Shown here piece after piece: positions 23,513-31,450 of a DNA stretch of 31,450 bases. Within the stretch, counting starts at the first letter, position 1, and every line of letters starts with the position of its first letter. The position numbers and the translations under genes are program-made. The stretch lies in the NCBI RefSeq assembly GCF_000143415.4, contig NW_003314325.1, forward strand, positions 618,794 through 650,243. Direction: 5' to 3'. The notes beneath the pieces were generated by a model. The model was not told where the DNA came from and ran no database searches. It saw only the letters and a list, made by a program, of their open reading frames with translations. This DNA comes from Selaginella moellendorffii (taxonomy: Eukaryota; Plantae; Lycopodiophyta).

Positions 23513-26500
23513 TCCCCGAATAAAAATCACTTTTCTTCTTTATCAAGCTCCTCACCACCTTTCATCAAAGCCACCACCAATTCCCGCAACTTCCGCGTCC
23601 CATGTCTCCTTTCTTTCACCGGACAATCAGGACTCAAGGCTTTGGCATTACTGGACTCGGGTGCAACTTCCTGCTTCATGGACACGGACTTTGCTGCCCG
23701 ACATCACGGTCCTCTTTCTCCTACCATACGGGATTTGAGGGTTGAAGGCATCGGCGGGCATTTTGTGTCTCCATCTTCTGGACTTAGGGAAACGTTGCCC
23801 GTTCGAGTACACATCGGGTCCACTGTCACCGATATCGCCTTCAACATCATCAACAGCAAGTCCTCCTCTGTGGTGCTCGGTCTTCCTTGGTTCCAACTAC
23901 ATCAGCCTCAGATCTGTTGGAAGGAATTACAGCTCATCTCTCCCACGGCTTCCCCTGCTGTTCATCGAGTCCGAATCAGGAAAAGTTCCCTAAACTCAAA
24001 TCGGGGTTCTGTTCCTGACTCTATAAAGTTTTCACCCTCTTCTTTTTCCTCTCTTCCACCTTACACTGGACCGTATTCTCGTCTCATCATTCCATTTAGT
24101 CGTACGCCTCCTCCTATCTCCACAATCACTATGAAAGAACTCCTTCATGAAGAACCTCTTTTTCTTTTTGCTTTGCATGTTTCTCCTGTCAGTCTTCCTG
24201 AGAAGTATCATGATTTTGGGGATGTGTTTGACAAGAAAAAAGCTAGTGTACTGCCTGTTCATCGGCCTTATGATTTTCCCATTGATTTACAGGAAGGAGC
24301 GTCACCTCCGTGGGGGCCTATCTATGGGTTATCCCTGTCCAAGCTTAAGGCCCTCAAAGAGTATGTGGATGAGAACCTTGCCTCAGGCTACATTCAGCAT
24401 TTGCAGTCCCCAGCTGGAGCACCTGTCTTCTTTGTCAAGAAGAAGGGTGGGAGCTTGCGGCTAGTCATCGACTATCGAGGTTTGAACAAGGTGACTGTTC
24501 GGACCGTTATCCGCTGCCCCTGATCTCGGACCTGTTGGAACGCCTCGGCGGTGCCCGCTTCTTCACCAAGATCGACCTTCGTGGAGCATACAACCTGATC
24601 CGAATCCGGCCTGGTGATGAATGGAAGACTGCGTTCCGAACCTACTATGGCCACTTTGAGTACACTGTCATGCCATTTGGCTTGACAAATGCTCCAACAG
24701 TTTTCCAACACATGGCGAACGACGTCTTTCGGGAGTTTCTTGATCAGATGGTGATCGTCTATCTCGATGACATCCTCATCTACTCAAAAACTCAGGAGGA
24801 GCATGACAAACATGTTCGCAAGGTGCTAGTGAAGCTGCGAGAACACGGCCTATACGCGAAGCTTGAGAAATGTTCCTTTGATCAGCAGTCTGTGGAGTTC
24901 CTTGGGTACATTGTCACTCCTGAGGGTATCACGATGGATCCTGCCAAAGTCAAGACTATTCTCGAATGGGAGCCTCCACAATCAATGTCGGACGTTCAGG
25001 TTTTCCTTGGCTTCGCCAACTTCTACCGCAAATTCATTGATCACTACTCTGACATTGTCCTTCCTCTCACACATCTCACTCGCAAGGATGTTCCCTTCTC
25101 TTGGTCTGCTGCTGCCCAGCAGGCCTTTGACACACTCAAGGCAGCCTTCAGTTCTGCTCCTGTCTTGATCCATGCTGATTCCTCACAACCTTTCTTCATC
25201 GAGGCTGACGCCTCCGACTTTGCCATTGGTGCTGTGCTGTCTCAACTTGGAGCGGATCACGAACTTCATCCGGTCGCTTTCCATTCTCAGAAATTCCAGC
25301 CTGCGGAGATCAATTACGAAATCCACGACAAGGAGCTCCTTGCCATCGTGGATTCCTTTGGAGAGTGGCGCCGTTTCTTGGAGGGGGCGAGCCATCAAAC
25401 AACAGTCTGGACGGATCACAAAAATCTCAAGTACTTTGCCACTTCCCGAGTTTTAAGCCGTCGTCAAGCAAGGTGGGCACAATTCTTGAGTCGGTTTGAC
25501 TTTGTTATCAAGTACAGACCTGGAAAGTTTCAAGGCCTTCCTGATGCTCTTTCAAGGCGCTCCTATCTCAGTCTCAGGCCTAGTAATTCTGCCTTCGATC
25601 AACAGGATCAAGTTATCCTCGGTCCTGATCGGCTTCAAGTTATGGCAATTTCCCTGGCCCCTCAGGACTCCTCCTTGATGGATGCAATCAGAAACGATCT
25701 TCAATCCGATGATCTCGCTAGCGACATTTTCCCCCATCTTCAGGCTGGACACCCAATGACTCCCGACTGCCGGCGATTTGACGAGTTCGAGTTCTTAGAT
25801 GGCTTATTGTACCGTGGGGAGCAGCTTTACGTTCCTGAAGGTGATGCTCGAAGGTTGGTCCTGATGGCGTGCCACGATAGCCCGATTGCTGGTCACTTCG
25901 GCATTGCGAAAACCTATGAGCTAGTTGCACGGGACTTTTGGTGGCCTCACATGGACGACTACATCAAAGTTTTTGTTACCTCCTGTGACACTTGTTCCCG
26001 GAATAAGGTACCTCGCCACCTTCCTTCAGGTTTGCTTCGTTCCCTTCCGATCCCTTCAGGTCCTTGGGAATCCATCTCCATGGATTTCTTGAGTGATCTT
26101 CCGAGTTCTAGAGGCTTCAACAGCATTTTAGTCGTGGTGGATCGCTTCACAATGATGGCGCACTTCTTGCCATGTACCAAGGAGTTTTCGGGCGAGGACA
26201 TGGCAAAACTGGTATTCAGGGAAATTTTCTGACTTCATGGGATTCCTACAGATGTGGTTTCGGATCGGGGGCCTCAGTTCATCTCTCATTTCTGGCAACA
26301 GTTTTTGCAGCTGCTTGGAGTGAAGGCCAACCTCTCTTCGGCATATCATCCTCAAACTGATGGGCAGTCCGAGTGAACGATTCAGACGTTGGAACAATTC
26401 TTGAGGTGCTTCATCAACTATCATCAGGATAACTAATTCGATATCCTTCCCCTTGCTGAGTTCTCCTATAACAACTCTGTTCACTCCTCTCTTCGAGTTT

Positions 26501-27249
26501 CCCCCTTCTTTGCGAACTCTGGCCGAAATCCCCGATTCAATCTCTCACTTCCTTCTCCATCTGAATCCTCTCGTTCAAATCCCCGCTCTGAGGCATTTAT
26601 CTCCAACCTCCAGGAAATCCACAACTCCATCTCCTTCCACCTCCATCATGCTCAGGAATTTCATAAAACATTTGCCAATGTCCATCGTCAGGATTGTCCC
26701 CCTTACAATATCGGGGATAAAGTCTGGCTCCTCAGGCGAAATATCTCCACCACCAGGCCCTGTCCAAAACTCAATTTCAAACACCTTGGTCCTTTCCCTA
26801 TCACTACCATCATTAATCCTGTCACTTATCGCCTTGCACTTCCCTCCTCATATCAAATTCACCCTGTTTTTCACCGCTCTCTCCTTAAGCCTTATATTCC
26901 CAGTCCTATTCCAAATCGGGTCATTCCTCCGTCTCCACTAGTGCAGCTCGAGGATGGGTCTGAGTACGAGGTTCAGGACATCCTTGATTCCAAGATTTCA
27001 CGGTCTAAACTCTACTATCTGGTGGACTAGAAGGGTTACGGACCTGAGGAACGCACTTGGGAACCTGCAGACAACCTGCTTCATTCTCCTGACCTTGTTC
27101 AGGACTTCCACCGCCGCTATCCTTCTCGTCCCAGTTCTCATTCTTTTTCTCCATCTCCCATCCCTCACCGCTCATCTCATCCTCCTCTTCGTTTTCGTTC
27201 ACATCCTCCTCTTCGTTTTCGTTCACATCCTCGTTCCACTCGTTCTTGA
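23468..27249 (+). pseudogene. pol: Pol polyprotein (protease, RT, RNase H, integrase, chromodomain), disrupted
   Basis: Protease LLDSGAT; RT YLDD; RNase H EADASDFAIGAVL; integrase H..H..CDTC, MDF, SDRGPQF and GPF; chromodomain EYEVQDILDS...[16 protein letters not shown] (~26962-27120). Lesions: 1-nt deletion near 24503 and stops at 26230, 26374, 26434 and 27028. Native stop at 27247-27249. Confidence 0.93.
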
Positions 27250-27260
27250 GGAGGGGGTGC
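27248..27260 (+). other. Polypurine tract
   Basis: gaggagggggtgc immediately before the 3' LTR. Confidence 0.85.
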
Positions 27261-27621
27261 TGTCAGGAATCCCCCAATTCTTGCCACATTCCTGACTCTC
27301 GCCGGATTCCTGACCTGCAGACCACATTCCTGACTCTCGAGACACTTTCCTATTCCTGACTCTCGAGACACTTCCCGATTCCTGAGTCTCGAGCCACATT
27401 CCTGATGATGATGTGGCGCCTCCTCGACCTCAGCTATATTTAGGCCGTCCTCGATCCAAGAGTGGTGGAGCTTCATCAACCTATAGTACATATAGGTTAG
27501 CCTTGTTCCATTTCTCCACAATCTGAATCAACGCCAGTCTAAGGCCTTTTCTTTGTTTCCACTAGCTTTTCTCTTTGTCTTTTTGCATTTTCCAATCTTG
27601 ATCTTGTCAGGGGTCTTGACA
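27261..27621 (+). repeat. 3' LTR (361 bp)
   Basis: Direct repeat of the 5' LTR, lacking one 26-bp internal repeat unit. Confidence 0.96.
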
Positions 27622-27626
27622 GCTGT

Positions 27627-29470
27627 AACATCAAGCACAATCCCCTTTGGCAGATAGAATAACTCCAACAAGATTTACATGGCCGTGACCAAACAATGTC
27701 GATAACTAAGGAATGCTGGGTGAAGAACGTTAGAGTCAATCACATTTGGGATGATGTCTATAGATCTGTTATATCCTGGTAAAGCAAGAGTAGCACACTC
27801 GTCAGCTCATGTGGCATTATGTTAGTTCCCAATGTGGTATGGAGCATAGTAGTTCCAGAGTTAATTTGTAAATAAAGAAGTCACATACCTTTCGCTTCTA
27901 CCCACTAATGCCTTTTGTGTCCACTGCCATACTTGAAAGAAGGCAGCCAAATGAAAACTCGACAAATCCATCATTGTTATCGGTGGATCCATGGTCTAGG
28001 TCAACTCACACCTTATGGGAAGATCGATTTCATATTTTTGGATCTTCCCAATGGGATGCCACCACCGCAGGGGGAATCAAGCATGTAGAGCTCCTGACTA
28101 GTAGCATCTAAAAGTTGCATGTAATCCCCAATGAGAATAACAATTTCCCTAACACTGGCCATTGAGGATAGAGGGCAAACTTGAAAAACAATTATTAGAA
28201 CTAAAAGTTGGAGATAAAATTCATGCTTACTAACCTATTTGTGCATAGTTGTAGATGAGATCTTTTCCAGGTCGTCGTCTGTAGCTGTAGGGAGGGATGG
28301 GAAGAATGTCTTAGTCCGCCGAGAAGACTAGTGGCTACTCTCTATTAAAAGAATGTTCGAAATCAAAGTCCTTACTCTCATGAAAGGCTTCACGATGGCC
28401 CCTTTGGGGGTTGCAAGGAGCAGGTACTAGAATCTCTTGTGTTGGAATCTCTTATACAATTTCCTCTAGTTCAACGGTATTTGGATTTGGCATCTCTTGA
28501 ATGGTTTCCTGAGTGTGGGCTCCTGGGTTTATTTGTTGAACTTCAACAATGTCATTGTCACAATCAGAAAGAGCCTCTAGAAAATAAGAATATAACTCAA
28601 GGTTAATATTTCCTAATTAAGTGTTGAGTTTCAAGTGAACTTGGATGACATTCAAGGTAGAGATTCAATTCGAAGTCCGATGTTGGCATTTACTCCACGA
28701 GTTCAGGGTACCATAGGCATAGCTCCCTCTCATGTGTACAAGGACAATAGAACTCTAGCTCATACATCCCAAGCTTCTTGCCTCTAGTCAGGAGCTTCTG
28801 CAAAACACCGGTTGTGTATACTGGTTCGTCGGGGCAATATTTTAAATATCTACAAAGTAAAACAAAAATATAAATACCAATATATAAATGAGAATTGAGA
28901 AAATACCTGTAAACCATGCACCTCACAAGAAATGGTTGTCCTGGTTGGTTCTTGAACTCAGCTGAGCTCATCCCACCACGTGGAAGCCAACCATTCCCTA
29001 GTGTCACGAACGTGACTTTGGGTATCGAAAGTTACCTGTCAGCTAGTCCTTTTGGATATTCTTTCCTTACTGCCACAATGGCAGGAGGTCGGTATTGCTG
29101 GACCCGTTATCAGTTTCCCACTTGAGCTAGTTGAGAAACTAGTCAATGACCGTGTACTTAGATCGGATAAACATAAGGTAGGAACTCTATATGTTTCTTG
29201 CTAAGCATACTCGGCCTAGTTTGAGAAACTCCTATCATTAGCTTGCACTTGCTAGTATCAAGAACCCCCACGATATTGAGATTGGTCCCTCAATATCGCT
29301 AAATGATAGCTTACCGTGTCTACCAAACACCCTCGCTATCATGCCTTTTGTGTTGGTCTCATTTCGGTCCCAAATGCTATTTATGGAAAGTGTCCAGATT
29401 TGCTCATTTGGCATATCTACGGAATGTAGAGATTTTCTTGAACACAATGGTGTTCGTCCCGTGTCCAAAT
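27627..29470 (-). pseudogene. Decayed spliced gene; its last exon encodes a beta-class N6A/N4C DNA methyltransferase-like domain (5' boundary uncertain)
   Basis: GT-AG introns at 28906-28850 and 28234-28180 join reading frames. The exon from 28179 reads IVILIGDYMQLL..LYMLDSPCG..(fs)HWED..DGFVEFSF..(fs)LWNY..ADECAT..NVID..HPAF..ILLELFYLPKGIVLDV. Several stops are explicable as CAA/CGA to TAA/TGA. Confidence 0.5.
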
Positions 29471-30052
29471 TCGCAATCTAGGGACATTCCATATTTAGTA
29501 AGTTTTGAGCTTGTCCCAGAGACTAACTCCTGATACTAAGGGAGGCTTGGGGTGAAACCCCAAAGTGTGTGTTCCTCAGGGGGGGGGGGGGGGCTGTGGG
29601 GGGTTCCAAATGTATAGTAGGGATAGTGGGTAGGTCGGGCATAGCCGACCAACCTGAGGCATAGTCTAGCTCCCGCTTGCGTGCCTGTCCTTGTTCTGCG
29701 TTTGGCTTGGGTCTAAGCCTAAGTTCCATTCCATGCTAGCTGGTGGAGTACCCATGTCCTCGCGTTAGGCCACCAGTATGCCGAAATAACGCTAGACTCC
29801 ATTTGGCTTTGTTTTGTGTGTTGGTCCTGGCATTGGGATGCTGGTTGCTCCAAAACTGCTCCAAGTCGCTCCGGGCTCCTATCCCTTCGCTCCTTGGGCT
29901 ATTTGCTCGGGAGTTGCTCCATGGCTCGGTTCCATCACTCCTTGGGCCCTTGGACACGTGGCATATGACACGTGGCACAAAGAGGGTTTAGGTTCCGCTT
30001 CGTAGTGTTATCCTATGGTAAATCACCATAGGATAAAGGGTCAAAACCACGT

Positions 30053-30585
30053 GTGCTATAGTTGGTATCGGAGCAAATGGCACAGGTTCGATTCCCATTG
30101 ATTAGTGGCTACTTAAAAATATAATATACCCTTGAGCAAGGTATATTCCTACCCCTAAATTTGAAATCGTATATATTGGATATCCATGCGTACGTCCTTT
30201 CTCTTGTATGGAGTATCCACGGACGAAGGTATCCACTATGGGACTACGGTAGGGGTGGATGACTAGTTGCCTCATATGGAATAGCTGATCTACACAATGG
30301 AAGGATTGGTGGATTCAGTGCGGAAATGGAGGTGTTGGTTCCCCTTGGCTCAGTAAGGGTTGATAGTCAATAGTCAATGAGGACATTGATATCTCTGAAG
30401 GGGGGGTGAGTGTAGCGCATGTGATAATGGGATGAAATTTGGATATACTGTCACCGTGGAACTTTGGAACTTTGGGGGATAAATGGGGATAAAATAGCCA
30501 CTAAGGGCTCTCTCATCAAACAATTGCCCCTTTTCCAGTTGGCTTAAGGGGAGAGAGATAAAGTGTGCTACATTTGGTATCAGAG
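30053..30585 (+). mobile_element. Non-coding LTR-retrotransposon remnant(s): LTR end + PBS, short internal region, PPT, 162-bp LTR-like unit, second PBS
   Basis: gtgctata-gt-TGGTATCGGAGC (30063); PPT gaagggggggtgag (30397-30410); TGTAGC(30411)...GCTACA(30572); tt-TGGTATCAGAG (30575). Both PBS are of the tRNA-iMet type. Confidence 0.65.
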
Positions 30586-31450
30586 AATGAGTCTCAGCGA
30601 GTACTATTCAATGAGATTGGGCAACTAGTCTTGTTGTATACGCAGAGATGAAAATGATGATCCGAATGGGTACACGTTTGGGTGCAAAGACTTCGTGTTC
30701 GTTCCTTGGGTATGGATTTGGTTACTTTGTTGTACCATATTTTGTGAGCTTGAGTTTGGGTTCACAAGAGGGATTGAGTTGTTTCGTTCGCACGAGGTTG
30801 AGCTTGGACTTGTGAGTGAGGCACATTAGCAACTCAAAGTTACACTTTGAGTTAGCAGGATTAATGTTGGCCTATCAGTGGTTCTGTGAGTTGTTCCATG
30901 TACCATGGGTGAAAATAAACCTTCCCTAAGTTTGCTATGAGTGGCAAATAGGCTGATCCATAGCTGTATAGCACAGCACTAGTGGATCCTTCCTAGGCAT
31001 GATTACAAGTGGATCAATTAAGATTATAGGGATTAGTCTATTGGTTCAAGTAGTCATAGCCGTGCTCTCTCATAAACTTTTCTTCGATTGAACTGAAGGC
31101 AGTGCGAAAGCAAGCTTGAGGTTTGGTCAAAGATGAGACCGAAAAGAGAGTCATCGGGGACGGAGGATCAGATACGTAAATCATTTTCTCTTCTTGGAGA
31201 AATGATTTGCAACGAGGTGTGACTCATTACTCGTGTTCACATTATGCAATCAAGAGTCTCTACCTTGATGCATGTTGGAAATGATGGTCTTACAAATGGT
31301 GAATTGTGGGATGGATAGCGGTGAAGCACTAAACCATTTTGTCTAAGCTTGCTATTGGAAGACTTGGGTTGCAATGTTCCATTCCTTTCCGAGGAATCTT
31401 GCTATTGCTCCTTGAGTAGTTTGGTGTTAGATTAGTTTTGAGTTTGGTCA

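Larger units (their letters stand above)
22038..27621 (+). mobile_element. Full-length Ty3/gypsy chromovirus LTR retrotransposon (Tf1/sushi/Tcn1-like), now defective
   Basis: Two LTRs (TGTCAG...TTGACA), 5-bp TSD GCTGT at 22033-22037 and 27622-27626, domain order gag-PR-RT-RH-IN-chromodomain, and a PPT before the 3' LTR. Confidence 0.97.

Noticed and set aside
24495-24535. Second programmed frameshift within RT
   Set aside because: It is a 1-nt deletion in the conserved (K/R)NRYPLP motif with no slippery site, so a mutation or sequencing error.
29579-29604. G-run as a PPT/LTR start or G-quadruplex element
   Set aside because: No matching LTR end or TSD was found, and homopolymer length is unreliable.

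Overview
Eukaryotic plant genomic DNA. The very short introns (~45-100 nt), compact gene spacing and gene set suggest a lycophyte such as Selaginella; this is an inference. Layout: an AT-rich degenerate block (1-3568) and a 100-N assembly gap come first. A dense island of five spliced genes follows: SPO11-2 (+), a peroxisomal 4CL-like acyl-CoA ligase (+), a POLTERGEIST-like PP2C (-), a MINPP-type histidine acid phosphatase (-) and a GAT-like GABA transporter (+), plus a small orphan ORF. The right half is repeat-rich and holds a full-length but decayed Ty3/gypsy chromovirus (22038-27621, TSD GCTGT). It has a G-GGA-AAC -1 frameshift signal and a tRNA-independent, Tf1-like self-priming site. The most unusual observation: removing the retrotransposon restores a decayed, intron-containing minus-strand gene whose last exon reads like a prokaryotic-type beta-class N6A/N4C DNA methyltransferase, with the insertion inside its SAM-binding motif. 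All calls come from manual reading; no searches were run.
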